The translations under genes were made by a program, and so were the position numbers. Below are positions 47,201 to 62,200 of a stretch of DNA of 64,000 bases, piece after piece. The first letter of the stretch is position 1, and each line of letters opens with the position of its first letter. This DNA is from Lepidodermella squamata (taxonomy: Eukaryota > Animalia > Gastrotricha): contig JBLDXI010000066.1 of the NCBI GenBank assembly GCA_047495785.1, forward strand, positions 124,001-188,000, read 5' to 3'. The notes under the pieces were generated by a model. The model was not told the DNA's origin, made no database searches, and saw nothing but the letters and a program-made list of their open reading frames with translations.

Positions 47201-50200
47201 CCAGAATGCAACGTCGTTGAATTTTCCCTCGCGCTCAACCTTCCAAGAAACGGCTTTGGGTAAGTTGCCGGAGATTTAGCTTTCGCATACTGATTGTTTT
47301 CTTTTCATAAAACAGCCGTCTGTACCGACTGCGGTGGCGAAAACCAGCAATGCCAGGAGAACAACAAGTGCACGTGCAAGCCTGGATGGGAAGGCCACGG
47401 GTGTAACACACCGATAGGTAGGCTGCGTTTTGTTACTTGAATACCTCGACGGATCGCCAGAGCCTAGAAGGACAATTTCTGTGAAATTCTTGATTATGGG
47501 GGTTTGGTAAATTTTGAAATGCTGATTTGTTGGCGAAATTCCAAAATTAATTGAACATGAATTCAGTCATAGTTTCGGTAGCAAAAAATCCACTATTATT
47601 ATTTTCTGCATTTTACTGCTGAATTCGTACGCATTTAATGAGATGAAAAACCGGGAAAACCCTAGGGAAATGATGTATCGCGTTCAAATGAAGGACGCCA
47701 AAATCACACCTTACCTCGGCGTTTACTAACATTTTGTTTGTAATGTACAGCCTCGTGTAAAAATTGCACTAGTCCGAACCAACGATGCCTGCCGGGCAAC
47801 ACGTGTACATGCGTGGCTCCTGCGAAGCAATCATGCCACCCGCCCAACAAATGCAACATTTGGGTCATCCGGCCTCTCTGCCAATTCGCAACCTGCAACG
47901 CTATTCGCCATCGAGATGACTGCGTAATCAGCGAAACTGAGCCAGATCCCGAGTTGAAGCAAGACTTCCACTGGAAGAAGATCAGTGGCCTGACAGGCAG
48001 TTGCATTTCGTTTGAATCCGTCAACAAGCCGAACTTTGTCCTGCGTCACTCAAACTTTAAGCTGTTTCTTACGTGGTACGATGGCAATCAGGGGCTTGCT
48101 GCTGATGCGACGTTCTGCGAAAGGCAGCTGGGTTCCGGCATTGGCTACGAATCTGTTAACTATCCCGGCTACTTCATTCACGTCGATGCCAACAACGAAC
48201 TCTTCATTCGCCAGAATGCAACGTCGTTGAGTTTTCCCTCGCGCTCAACCTTCCAAGAAACGGCTTTGGGTAAGTTGCCGGAGATTTAGCTTTCGCATAC
48301 TGATTGTTTTCTTTTCATAAAACAGCCGTCTGTACCGACTGCGGTGGCGAAAACCAGCAATGCCAGGAGAACAACAAGTGCACGTGCAAGCCTGGATGGG
48401 AAGGCCACGGGTGTAACACACCGATAGGTAGGCTGCGTTTTGTTACTTGAATACCTCGACGGATCGCCAGAGCCTAGAAGGACAATTTCTGTGAAATTCT
48501 TGATTATGGGGGTTTGGTAAATTTTGAAATGCTGATTTGTTGGCGAAATTCCAAAATTAATTGAACATGAATTCAGTCATAGTTTCGGTAGCAAAAAATC
48601 CACTATTATTATTTTCTGCATTTTACTGCTGAATTCGTACGCATTTAATGAGATGAAAAACCGGGAAAACCCTAGGGAAATGATGTATCGCGTTCAAATG
48701 AAGGACGCCAAAATCACACCTTACCTCGGCGTTTACTAACATTTTGTTTGTAATGTACAGCCTCGTGTAAAAATTGCACTAGTCCGAACCAACGATGCCT
48801 GCCGGGCAACACGTGTACATGCGTGGCTCCTGCGAAGCAATCATGCCACCCGCCCAACAAATGCAACATTTGGGTCATCCGGCCTCTCTGCCAATTCGCA
48901 ACCTGCAACGCTATTCGCCATCGAGATGACTGCGTAATCAGCGAAACTGAGCCAGATCCCGAGTTGAAGCAAGACTTCCACTGGAAGAAGATCAGTGGCC
49001 TGACAGGCAGTTGCATTTCGTTTGAATCCGTCAACAAGCCGAACTTTGTCCTGCGTCACTCAAACTTTAAGCTGTTTCTTACGTGGTACGATGGCAATCA
49101 GGGGCTTGCTGCTGATGCGACGTTCTGCGAAAAGCAGCTGGGTTCCGGCATTGGCTACGAATCTGTTAACTATCCCGGCTACTTCATTCACGTCGATGCC
49201 AACAACGAACTCTTCATTCGCCAGAATGCAACGTCGTTGAATTTTCCCTCGCGCTCAACCTTCCAAGAAACGGCTTTGGGTAAGTTGCCGGAGATTTAGC
49301 TTTCGCATACTGATTGTTTTCTTTTCATAAAACAGCCGTCTGTACCGACTGCGGTGGCGAAAACCAGCAATGCCAGGAGAACAACAAGTGCACGTGCAAG
49401 CCTGGATGGGAAGGCCACGGGTGTAACACACCGATAGGTAGGCTGCGTTTTGTTACTTGAATACCTCGACGGATCGCCAGAGCCTAGAAGGACAATTTCT
49501 GTGAAATTCTTGATTATGGGGGTTTGGTAAATTTTGAAATGCTGATTTGTTGGCGAAATTCCAAAATTAATTGAACATGAATTCAGTCATAGTTTCGGTA
49601 GCAAAAAATCCACTATTATTATTTTCTGCATTTTACTGCTGAATTCGTACGCATTTAATGAGATGAAAAACCGGGAAAACCCTAGGGAAATGATGTATCG
49701 CGTTCAAATGAAGGACGCCAAAATCACACCTTACCTCGGCGTTTACTAACATTTTGTTTGTAATGTACAGCCTCGTGTAAAAATTGCACTAGTCCGAACC
49801 AACGATGCCTGCCGGGCAACACGTGTACATGCGTGGCTCCTGCGAAGCAATCATGCCACCCGCCCAACAAATGCAACATTTGGGTCATCCGGCCTCTCTG
49901 CCAATTCGCAACCTGCAACGCTATTCGCCATCGAGATGACTGCGTAATCAGCGAAACTGAGCCAGATCCCGAGTTGAAGCAAGACTTCCACTGGAAGAAG
50001 ATCAGTGGCCTGACAGGCAGTTGCATTTCGTTTGAATCCGTCAACAAGCCGAACTTTGTCCTGCGTCACTCAAACTTTAAGCTGTTTCTTACGTGGTACG
50101 ATGGCAATCAGGGGCTTGCTGCTGATGCGACGTTCTGCGAAAAGCAGCTGGGTTCCGGCATTGGCTACGAATCTGTTAACTATCCCGGCTACTTCATTCA

Positions 50201-53200
50201 CGTCGATGCCAACAACGAACTCTTCATTCGCCAGAATGCAACGTCGTTGAATTTTCCCTCGCGCTCAACCTTCCAAGAAACGGCTTTGGGTAAGTTGCCG
50301 GAGATTTAGCTTTCGCATACTGATTGTTTTCTTTTCATAAAACAGCCGTCTGTACCGACTGCGGTGGCGAAAACCAGCAATGCCAGGAGAACAACAAGTG
50401 CACGTGCAAGCCTGGATGGGAAGGCCACGGGTGTAACACACCGATAGGTAGGCTGCGTTTTGTTACTTGAATACCTCGACGGATCGCCAGAGCCTAGAAG
50501 GACAATTTCTGTGAAATTCTTGATTATGGGGGTTTGGTAAATTTTGAAATGCTGATTTGTTGGCGAAATTCCAAAATTAATTGAACATGAATTCAGTCAT
50601 AGTTTCGGTAGCAAAAAATCCACTATTATTATTTTCTGCATTTTACTGCTGAATTCGTACGCATTTAATGAGATGAAAAACCGGGAAAACCCTAGGGAAA
50701 TGATGTATCGCGTTCAAATGAAGGACGCCAAAATCACACCTTACCTCGGCGTTTACTAACATTTTGTTTGTAATGTACAGCCTCGTGTAAAAATTGCACT
50801 AGTCCGAACCAACGATGCCTGCCGGGCAACACGTGTACATGCGTGGCTCCTGCGAAGCAATCATGCCACCCGCCCAACAAATGCAACATTTGGGTCATCC
50901 GGCCTCTCTGCCAATTCGCAACCTGCAACGCTATTCGCCATCGAGATGACTGCGTAATCAGCGAAACTGAGCCAGATCCCGAGTTGAAGCAAGACTTCCA
51001 CTGGAAGAAGATCAGTGGCCTGACAGGCAGTTGCATTTCGTTTGAATCCGTCAACAAGCCGAACTTTGTCCTGCGTCACTCAAACTTTAAGCTGTTTCTT
51101 ACGTGGTACGATGGCAATCAGGGGCTTGCTGCTGATGCGACGTTCTGCGAAAAGCAGCTGGGTTCCGGCATTGGCTACGAATCTGTTAACTATCCCGGCT
51201 ACTTCATTCACGTCGATGCCAACAACGAACTCTTCATTCGCCAGAATGCAACGTCGTTGAATTTTCCCTCGCGCTCAACCTTCCAAGAAACGGCTTTGGG
51301 TAAGTTGCCGGAGATTTAGCTTTCGCATACTGATTGTTTTCTTTTCATAAAACAGCCGTCTGTACCGACTGCGGTGGCGAAAACCAGCAATGCCAGGAGA
51401 ACAACAAGTGCACGTGCAAGCCTGGATGGGAAGGCCACGGGTGTAACACACCGATAGGTAGGCTGCGTTTTGTTACTTGAATACCTCGACGGATCGCCAG
51501 AGCCTAGAAGGACAATTTCTGTGAAATTCTTGATTATGGGGGTTTGGTAAATTTTGAAATGCTGATTTGTTGGCGAAATTCCAAAATTAATTGAACATGA
51601 ATTCAGTCATAGTTTCGGTAGCAAAAATTCCACTATTATTATTTTCTGCATTTTACTGCTGAATTCGTACGCATTTAATGAGATGAAAAACCGGGAAAAC
51701 CCTAGGGAAATGATGTATCGCGTTCAAATGAAGGACGCCAAAATCACACCTTACCTCGGCGTTTACTAACATTTTGTTTGTATTGAACAGCCTCGTGTAA
51801 AAATTGCACTAGTCCGAACCAACGATGCCTGCCGGGCAACACGTGTACATGCGTGGCTATTGCGAAGCAATCATGCCACCCGCCCAACAAATGCAACATT
51901 TGGGTCATCCGGCCTCTCTGCCAATTCGCAACCTGCAACGCTATTCGCCATCGAGATGACTGCGTAATCAGCGAAACTGAGCCAGATCCCGAGTTGAAGC
52001 AAGACTTCCACTGGAAGAAGATCAGTGGCCTGACAGGCAGTTGCATTTCGTTTGAATCCGTCAACAAGCCGAACTTTGTCCTGCGTCACTCAAACTTTAA
52101 GCTGTTTCTTACGTGGTACGATGGCAATCAGGGGCTCGCTGCTGATGCGACGTTCTGCGAAAGGCAGCTGGGTTCCGGCATTGGCTACGAATCTGTCAAC
52201 TATCCCGGCTACTTCATTCACGTCGATGCCAACAACGAACTCTTCATTCGCCAGAATGCAACGTCGTTGAATTTTCCCTCGCGCTCAACCTTCCAAGAAA
52301 CGGCTTTGGGTAAGTTGCCGGAGATTTAGCTTTCGCATACTGATTGTTTTCTTTTCATAAAACAGCCGTCTGTACCGACTGCGGTGGCGAAAACCAGCAA
52401 TGCCAGGAGAACAACAAGTGCACGTGCAAGCCTGGATGGGAAGGCCACGGGTGTAACACACCGATAGGTAGGCTGCGTTTTGTTACTTGAATACCTCGAC
52501 GGATCGCCAGAGCCTAGAAGGACAATTTCTGTGAAATTCTTGATTATGGGGGTTTGGTAAATTTTGAAATGCTGATTTGTTGGCGAAATTCCAAAATTAA
52601 TTGAACATGAATTCAGTCATAGTTTCCGTAGCGAAAAATCCACTATTATTATTTTCTGCATTTTACTGCTGAATTCGTACGCATTTAATGAGATGAAAAA
52701 CCGGGAAAACCCTAGGGAAATGATGTATCGCGTTCAAATGAAGGACGCCAAAATCACACCTTACCTCGGCGTTTACTAACATTTTGTTTGTAATGTACAG
52801 CCTCGTGTAAAAATTGCACTAGTCCGAACCAACGATGCCTGCCGGGCAACACGTGTACATGCGTGGCTCCTGCGAAGCAATCATGCCACCCGCCCAACAA
52901 ATGCAACATTTGGGTCATCCGGCCTCTCTGCCAATTCGCAACCTGCAACGCTATTCGCCATCGAGATGACTGCGTAATCAGCGAAACTGAGCCAGATCCC
53001 GAGTTGAAGCAAGACTTCCACTGGAAGAAGATCAGTGGCCTGACAGGCAGTTGCATTTCGTTTGAATCCGTCAACAAGCCGAACTTTGTCCTGCGTCACT
53101 CAAACTTTAAGCTGTTTCTTACGTGGTACGATGGCAATCAGGGGCTTGCTGCTGATGCGACGTTCTGCGAAAAGCAGCTGGGTTCCGGCATTGGCTACGA

Positions 53201-56200
53201 ATCTGTTAACTATCCCGGCTACTTCATTCACGTCGATGCCAACAACGAACTCTTCATTCGCCAGAATGCAACGTCGTTGAATTTTCCCTCGCGCTCAACC
53301 TTCCAAGAAACGGCTTTGGGTAAGTTGCCGGAGATTTAGCTTTCGCATACTGATTGTTTTCTTTTCATAAAACAGCCGTCTGTACCGACTGCGGTGGCGA
53401 AAACCAGCAATGCCAGGAGAACAACAAGTGCACGTGCAAGCCTGGATGGGAAGGCCACGGGTGTAACACACCGATAGGTAGGCTGCGTTTTGTTACTTGA
53501 ATACCTCGACGGATCGCCAGAGCCTAGAAGGACAATTTCTGTGAAATTCTTGATTATGGGGGTTTGGTAAATTTTGAAATGCTGATTTGTTGGCGAAATT
53601 CCAAAATTAATTGAACATGAATTCAGTCATAGTTTCGGTAGCAAAAAATCCACTATTATTATTTTCTGCATTTTACTGCTGAATTCGTACGCATTTAATG
53701 AGATGAAAAACCGGGAAAACCCTAGGGAAATGATGTATCGCGTTCAAATGAAGGACGCCAAAATCACACCTTACCTCGGCGTTTACTAACATTTTGTTTG
53801 TATTGAACAGCCTCGTGTAAAAATTGCACTAGTCCGAACCAACGATGCCTGCCGGGCAACACGTGTACATGCGTGGCTATTGCGAAGCAATCATGCCACC
53901 CGCCCAACAAATGCAACATTTGGGTCATCCGGCCTCTCTGCCAATTCGCAACCTGCAACGCTATTCGCCATCGAGATGACTGCGTAATCAGCGAAACTGA
54001 GCCAGATCCCGAGTTGAAGCAAGACTTCCACTGGAAGAAGATCAGTGGCCTGACAGGCAGTTGCATTTCGTTTGAATCCGTCAACAAGCCGAACTTTGTC
54101 CTGCGTCACTCAAACTTTAAGCTGTTTCTTACGTGGTACGATGGCAATCAGGGGCTCGCTGCTGATGCGACGTTCTGCGAAAGGCAGCTGGGTTCCGGCA
54201 TTGGCTACGAATCTGTCAACTATCCCGGCTACTTCATTCACGTCGATGCCAACAACGAACTCTTCATTCGCCAGAATGCAACGTCGTTGAATTTTCCCTC
54301 GCGCTCAACCTTCCAAGAAACGGCTTTGGGTAAGTTGCCGGAGATTTAGCTTTCGCATACTGATTGTTTTCTTTTCATAAAACAGCCGTCTGTACCGACT
54401 GCGGTGGCGAAAACCAGCAATGCCAGGAGAACAACAAGTGCACGTGCAAGCCTGGATGGGAAGGCCACGGGTGTAACACACCGATAGGTAGGCTGCGTTT
54501 TGTTACTTGAATACCTCGACGGATCGCCAGAGCCTAGAAGGACAATTTCTGTGAAATTCTTGATTATGGGGGTTTGGTAAATTTTGAAATGCTGATTTGT
54601 TGGCGAAATTCCAAAATTAATTGAACATGAATTCAGTCATAGTTTCCGTAGCGAAAAATCCACTATTATTATTTTCTGCATTTTACTGCTGAATTCGTAC
54701 GCATTTAATGAGATGAAAAACCGGGAAAACCCTAGGGAAATGATGTATCGCGTTCAAATGAAGGACGCCAAAATCACACCTTACCTCGGCGCTTACTAAC
54801 ATTTTGTTTGTAATGTACAGCCTCGTGTAAAAATTGCACTAGTCCGAACCAACGATGCCTGCCGGGCAACACGTGTACATGCGTGGCTCCTGCGAAGCAA
54901 TCATGCCACCCGCCCAACAAATGCAACATTTGGGTCATCCGGCCTCTCTGCCAATTCGCAACCTGCAACGCTATTCGCCATCGAGATGACTGCGTAATCA
55001 GCGAAACTGAGCCAGATCCCGAGTTGAAGCAAGACTTCCACTGGAAGAAGATCAGTGGCCTGACAGGCAGTTGCATTTCGTTTGAATCCGTCAACAAGCC
55101 GAACTTTGTCCTGCGTCACTCAAACTTTAAGCTGTTTCTTACGTGGTACGATGGCAATCAGGGGCTTGCTGCTGATGCGACGTTCTGCGAAAAGCAGCTG
55201 GGTTCCGGCATTGGCTACGAATCTGTTAACTATCCCGGCTACTTCATTCACGTCGATGCCAACAACGAACTCTTCATTCGCCAGAATGCAACGTCGTTGA
55301 ATTTTCCCTCGCGCTCAACCTTCCAAGAAACGGCTTTGGGTAAGTTGCCGGAGATTTAGCTTTCGCATACTGATTGTTTTCTTTTCATAAAACAGCCGTC
55401 TGTACCGACTGCGGTGGCGAAAACCAGCAATGCCAGGAGAACAACAAGTGCACGTGCAAGCCTGGATGGGAAGGCCACGGGTGTAACACACCGATAGGTA
55501 GGCTGCGTTTTGTTACTTGAATACCTCGACGGATCGCCAGAGCCTAGAAGGACAATTTCTGTGAAATTCTTGATTATGGGGGTTTGGTAAATTTTGAAAT
55601 GCTGATTTGTTGGCGAAATTCCAAAATTAATTGAACATGAATTCAGTCATAGTTTCGGTAGCAAAAATTCCACTATTATTATTTTCTGCATTTTACTGCT
55701 GAATTCGTACGCATTTAATGAGATGAAAAACCGGGAAAACCCTAGGGAAATGATGTATCGCGTTCAAATGAAGGACGCCAAAATCACACCTTACCTCGGC
55801 GCTTACTAACATTTTGTTTGTAATGTACAGCCTCGTGTAAAAATTGCACTAGTCCGAACCAACGATGCCTGCCGGGCAACACGTGTACATGCGTGGCTAT
55901 TGCGAAGCAATCATGCCACCCGCCCAACAAATGCAACATTTGGGTCATCCGGCCTCTCTGCCAATTCGCAACCTGCAACGCTATTCGCCATCGAGATGAC
56001 TGCGTAATCAGCGAAACTGAGCCAGATCCCGAGTTGAAGCAAGACTTCCACTGGAAGAAGATCAGTGGCCTGACAGGCAGTTGCATTTCGTTTGAATCCG
56101 TCAACAAGCCGAACTTTGTCCTGCGTCACTCAAACTTTAAGCTGTTTCTTACGTGGTACGATGGCAATCAGGGGCTCGCTGCTGATGCGACGTTCTGCGA

Positions 56201-59200
56201 AAGGCAGCTGGGTTCCGGCATTGGCTACGAATCTGTCAACTATCCCGGCTACTTCATTCACGTCGATGCCAACAACGAACTCTTCATTCGCCAGAATGCA
56301 ACGTCGTTGAATTTTCCCTCGCGCTCAACCTTCCAAGAAACGGCTTTGGGTAAGTTGCCGGAGATTTAGCTTTCGCATACTGATTGTTTTCTTTTCATAA
56401 AACAGCCGTCTGTACCGACTGCGGTGGCGAAAACCAGCAATGCCAGGAGAACAACAAGTGCACGTGCAAGCCTGGATGGGAAGGCCACGGGTGTAACACA
56501 CCGATAGGTAGGCTGCGTTTTGTTACTTGAATACCTCGACGGATCGCCAGAGCCTAGAAGGACAATTTCTGTGAAATTCTTGATTATGGGGGTTTGGTAA
56601 ATTTTGAAATGCTGATTTGTTGGCGAAATTCCAAAATTAATTGAACATGAATTCAGTCATAGTTTCCGTAGCGAAAAATCCACTATTATTATTTTCTGCA
56701 TTTTACTGCTGAATTCGTACGCATTTAATGAGATGAAAAACCGGGAAAACCCTAGGGAAATGATGTATCGCGTTCAAATGAAGGACGCCAAAATCACACC
56801 TTACCTCGGCGCTTACTAACATTTTGTTTGTAATGTACAGCCTCGTGTAAAAATTGCACTAGTCCGAACCAACGATGCCTGCCGGGCAACACGTGTACAT
56901 GCGTGGCTCCTGCGAAGCAATCATGCCACCCGCCCAACAAATGCAACATTTGGGTCATCCGGCCTCTCTGCCAATTCGCAACCTGCAACGCTATTCGCCA
57001 TCGAGATGACTGCGTAATCAGCGAAACTGAGCCAGATCCCGAGTTGAAGCAAGACTTCCACTGGAAGAAGATCAGTGGCCTGACAGGCAGTTGCATTTCG
57101 TTTGAATCCGTCAACAAGCCGAACTTTGTCCTGCGTCACTCAAACTTTAAGCTGTTTCTTACGTGGTACGATGGCAATCAGGGGATTGCTGCTGATGCGA
57201 CGTTCTGCGAAAAGCAGCTGGGTTCCGGCATTGGCTACGAATCTGTTAACTATCCCGGCTACTTCATTCACGTCGATGCCAACAACGAACTCTTCATTCG
57301 CCAGAATGCAACGTCGTTGAGTTTTCCCTCGCGCTCAACCTTCCAAGAAACGGCTTTGGGTAAGTTGCCGGAGATTTAGCTTTCGCATACTGATTGTTTT
57401 CTTTTCATAAAACAGCCGTCTGTACCGACTGCGGTGGCGAAAACCAGCAATGCCTGGAGAACAACAAGTGCACGTGCAAGCCTGGATGGGAAGGCCACGG
57501 GTGTAACACACCGATAGGTAGGCTGCGTTTTGTTACTTGAATACCTCGACGGATCGCCAGAGCCTAGAAGGACAATTTCTGTGAAATTCTTGATTATGGG
57601 GGTTTGGTAAATTTTGAAATGCTGATTTGTTGGCGAAATTCCAAAATTAATTGAACATGAATTCAGTCATAGTTTCGGTAGCAAAAATTCCACTATTATT
57701 ATTTTCTGCATTTTACTGCTGAATTCGTACGCATTTAATGAGATGAAAAACCGGGAAAACCCTAGGGAAATGATGTATCGCGTTCAAATGAAGGACGCCA
57801 AAATCACACCTTACCTCGGCGTTTACTAACATTTTGTTTGTATTGAACAGCCTCGTGTAAAAATTGCACTAGTCCGAACCAACGATGCCTGCCGGGCAAC
57901 ACGTGTACATGCGTGGCTATTGCGAAGCAATCATGCCACCCGCCCAACAAATGCAACATTTGGGTCATCCGGCCTCTCTGCCAATTCGCAACCTGCAACG
58001 CTATTCGCCATCGAGATGACTGCGTAATCAGCGAAACTGAGCCAGATCCCGAGTTGAAGCAAGACTTCCACTGGAAGAAGATCAGTGGCCTGACAGGCAG
58101 TTGCATTTCGTTTGAATCCGTCAACAAGCCGAACTTTGTCCTGCGTCACTCAAACTTTAAGCTGTTTCTTACGTGGTACGATGGCAATCAGGGGCTCGCT
58201 GCTGATGCGACGTTCTGCGAAAGGCAGCTGGGTTCCGGCATTGGCTACGAATCTGTCAACTATCCCGGCTACTTCATTCACGTCGATGCCAACAACGAAC
58301 TCTTCATTCGCCAGAATGCAACGTCGTTGAATTTTCCCTCGCGCTCAACCTTCCAAGAAACGGCTTTGGGTAAGTTGCCGGAGATTTAGCTTTCGCATAC
58401 TGATTGTTTTCTTTTCATAAAACAGCCGTCTGTACCGACTGCGGTGGCGAAAACCAGCAATGCCAGGAGAACAACAAGTGCACGTGCAAGCCTGGATGGG
58501 AAGGCCACGGGTGTAACACACCGATAGGTAGGCTGCGTTTTGTTACTTGAATACCTCGACGGATCGCCAGAGCCTAGAAGGACAATTTCTGTGAAATTCT
58601 TGATTATGGGGGTTTGGTAAATTTTGAAATGCTGATTTGTTGGCGAAATTCCAAAATTAATTGAACATGAATTCAGTCATAGTTTCGGTAGCAAAAATTC
58701 CACTATTATTATTTTCTGCATTTTACTGCTGAATTCGTACGCATTTAATGAGATGAAAAACCGGGAAAACCCTAGGGAAATGATGTATCGCGTTCAAATG
58801 AAGGACGCCAAAATCACACCTTACCTCGGCGTTTACTAACATTTTGTTTGTATTGAACAGCCTCGTGTAAAAATTGCACTAGTCCGAACCAACGATGCCT
58901 GCCGGGCAACACGTGTACATGCGTGGCTCCTGCGAAGCAATCATGCCACCCGCCCAACAAATGCAACATTTGGGTCATCCGGCCTCTCTGCCAATTCGCA
59001 ACCTGCAACGCTATTCGCCATCGAGATGACTGCGTAATCAGCGAAACTGAGCCAGATCCCGAGTTGAAGCAAGACTTCCACTGGAAGAAGATCAGTGGCC
59101 TGACAGGCAGTTGCATTTCGTTTGAATCCGTCAACAAGCCGAACTTTGTCCTGCGTCACTCAAACTTTAAGCTGTTTCTTACGTGGTACGATGGCAATCA

Positions 59201-62200
59201 GGGGATTGCTGCTGATGCGACGTTCTGCGAAAAGCAGCTGGGTTCCGGCATTGGCTACGAATCTGTTAACTATCCCGGCTACTTCATTCACGTCGATGCC
59301 AACAACGAACTCTTCATTCGCCAGAATGCAACGTCGTTGAGTTTTCCCTCGCGCTCAACCTTCCAAGAAACGGCTTTGGGTAAGTTGCCGGAGATTTAGC
59401 TTTCGCATACTGATTGTTTTCTTTTCATAAAACAGCCGTCTGTACCGACTGCGGTGGCGAAAACCAGCAATGCCAGGAGAACAACAAGTGCACGTGCAAG
59501 CCTGGATGGGAAGGCCACGGGTGTAACACACCGATAGGTAGGCTGCGTTTTGTTACTTGAATACCTCGACGGATCGCCAGAGCCTAGAAGGACAATTTCT
59601 GTGAAATTCTTGATTATGGGGGTTTGGTAAATTTTGAAATGCTGATTTGTTGGCGAAATTCCAAAATTAATTGAACATGAATTCAGTCATAGTTTCCGTA
59701 GCGAAAAATCCACTATTATTATTTTCTGCATTTTACTGCTGAATTCGTACGCATTAAATGAGATGAAAAACCGGGAAAACCCTAGGGAAATGATGTATCG
59801 CGTTCAAATGAAGGACGCCAAAATCACACCTTACCTCGGCGCTTACTAACATTTTGTTTGTAATGTACAGCCTCGTGTAAAAATTGCACTAGTCCGAACC
59901 AACGATGCCTGCCGGGCAACACGTGTACATGCGTGGCTCCTGCGAAGCAATCATGCCACCCGCCCAACAAATGCAACATTTGGGTCATCCGGCCTCTCTG
60001 CCAATTCGCAACCTGCAACGCTATTCGCCATCGAGATGACTGCGTAATCAGCGAAACTGAGCCAGATCCCGAGTTGAAGCAAGACTTCCACTGGAAGAAG
60101 ATCAGTGGCCTGACAGGCAGTTGCATTTCGTTTGAATCCGTCAACAAGCCGAACTTTGTCCTGCGTCACTCAAACTTTAAGCTGTTTCTTACGTGGTACG
60201 ATGGCAATCAGGGGCTTGCTGCTGATGCGACGTTCTGCGAAAGGCAGCTGGGTTCCGGCATTGGCTACGAATCTGTTAACTATCCCGGCTACTTCATTCA
60301 CGTCGATGCCAACAACGAACTCTTCATTCGCCAGAATGCAACGTCGTTGAGTTTTCCCTCGCGCTCAACCTTCCAAGAAACGGCTTTGGGTAAGTTGCCG
60401 GAGATTTAGCTTTCGCATACTGATTGTTTTCTTTTCATAAAACAGCCGTCTGTACCGACTGCGGTGGCGAAAACCAGCAATGCCAGGAGAACAACAAGTG
60501 CACGTGCAAGCCTGGATGGGAAGGCCACGGGTGTAACACACCGATAGGTAGGCTGCGTTTTGTTACTTGAATACCTCGACGGATCGCCAGAGCCTAGAAG
60601 GACAATTTCTGTGAAATTCTTGATTATGGGGGTTTGGTAAATTTTGAAATGCTGATTTGTTGGCGAAATTCCAAAATTAATTGAACATGAATTCAGTCAT
60701 AGTTTCCGTAGCGAAAAATCCACTATTATTATTTTCTGCATTTTACTGCTGAATTCGTACGCATTAAATGAGATGAAAAACCGGGAAAACCCTAGGGAAA
60801 TGATGTATCGCGTTCAAATGAAGGACGCCAAAATCACACCTTACCTCGGCGCTTACTAACATTTTGTTTGTAATGTACAGCCTCGTGTAAAAATTGCACT
60901 AGTCCGAACCAACGATGCCTGCCGGGCAACACGTGTACATGCGTGGCTCCTGCGAAGCAATCATGCCACCCGCCCAACAAATGCAACATTTGGGTCATCC
61001 GGCCTCTCTGCCAATTCGCAACCTGCAACGCTATTCGCCATCGAGATGACTGCGTAATCAGCGAAACTGAGCCAGATCCCGAGTTGAAGCAAGACTTCCA
61101 CTGGAAGAAGATCAGTGGCCTGACAGGCAGTTGCATTTCGTTTGAATCCGTCAACAAGCCGAACTTTGTCCTGCGTCACTCAAACTTTAAGCTGTTTCTT
61201 ACGTGGTACGATGGCAATCAGGGGATTGCTGCTGATGCGACGTTCTGCGAAAAGCAGCTGGGTTCCGGCATTGGCTACGAATCTGTTAACTATCCCGGCT
61301 ACTTCATTCACGTCGATGCCAACAACGAACTCTTCATTCGCCAGAATGCAACGTCGTTGAGTTTTCCCTCGCGCTCAACCTTCCAAGAAACGGCTTTGGG
61401 TAAGTTGCCGGAGATTTAGCTTTCGCATACTGATTGTTTTCTTTTCATAAAACAGCCGTCTGTACCGACTGCGGTGGCGAAAACCAGCAATGCCTGGAGA
61501 ACAACAAGTGCACGTGCAAGCCTGGATGGGAAGGCCACGGGTGTAACACACCGATAGGTAGGCTGCGTTTTGTTACTTGAATACCTCGACGGATCGCCAG
61601 AGCCTAGAAGGACAATTTCTGTGAAATTCTTGATTATGGGGGTTTGGTAAATTTTGAAATGCTGATTTGTTGGCGAAATTCCAAAATTAATTGAACATGA
61701 ATTCAGTCATAGTTTCGGTAGCAAAAATTCCACTATTATTATTTTCTGCATTTTACTGCTGAATTCGTACGCATTTAATGAGATGAAAAACCGGGAAAAC
61801 CCTAGGGAAATGATGTATCGCGTTCAAATGAAGGACGCCAAAATCACACCTTACCTCGGCGTTTACTAACATTTTGTTTGTATTGAACAGCCTCGTGTAA
61901 AAATTGCACTAGTCCGAACCAACGATGCCTGCCGGGCAACACGTGTACATGCGTGGCTATTGCGAAGCAATCATGCCACCCGCCCAACAAATGCAACATT
62001 TGGGTCATCCGGCCTCTCTGCCAATTCGCAACCTGCAACGCTATTCGCCATCGAGATGACTGCGTAATCAGCGAAACTGAGCCAGATCCCGAGTTGAAGC
62101 AAGACTTCCACTGGAAGAAGATCAGTGGCCTGACAGGCAGTTGCATTTCGTTTGAATCCGTCAACAAGCCGAACTTTGTCCTGCGTCACTCAAACTTTAA

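Noticed and set aside
43625-62189. Repeated minus-strand 107/72-aa ORFs and the +72-aa alternative-frame ORF
   Set aside because: Shadows of the AbfB exon, repeated only because the DNA is repeated; no recognisable motifs.
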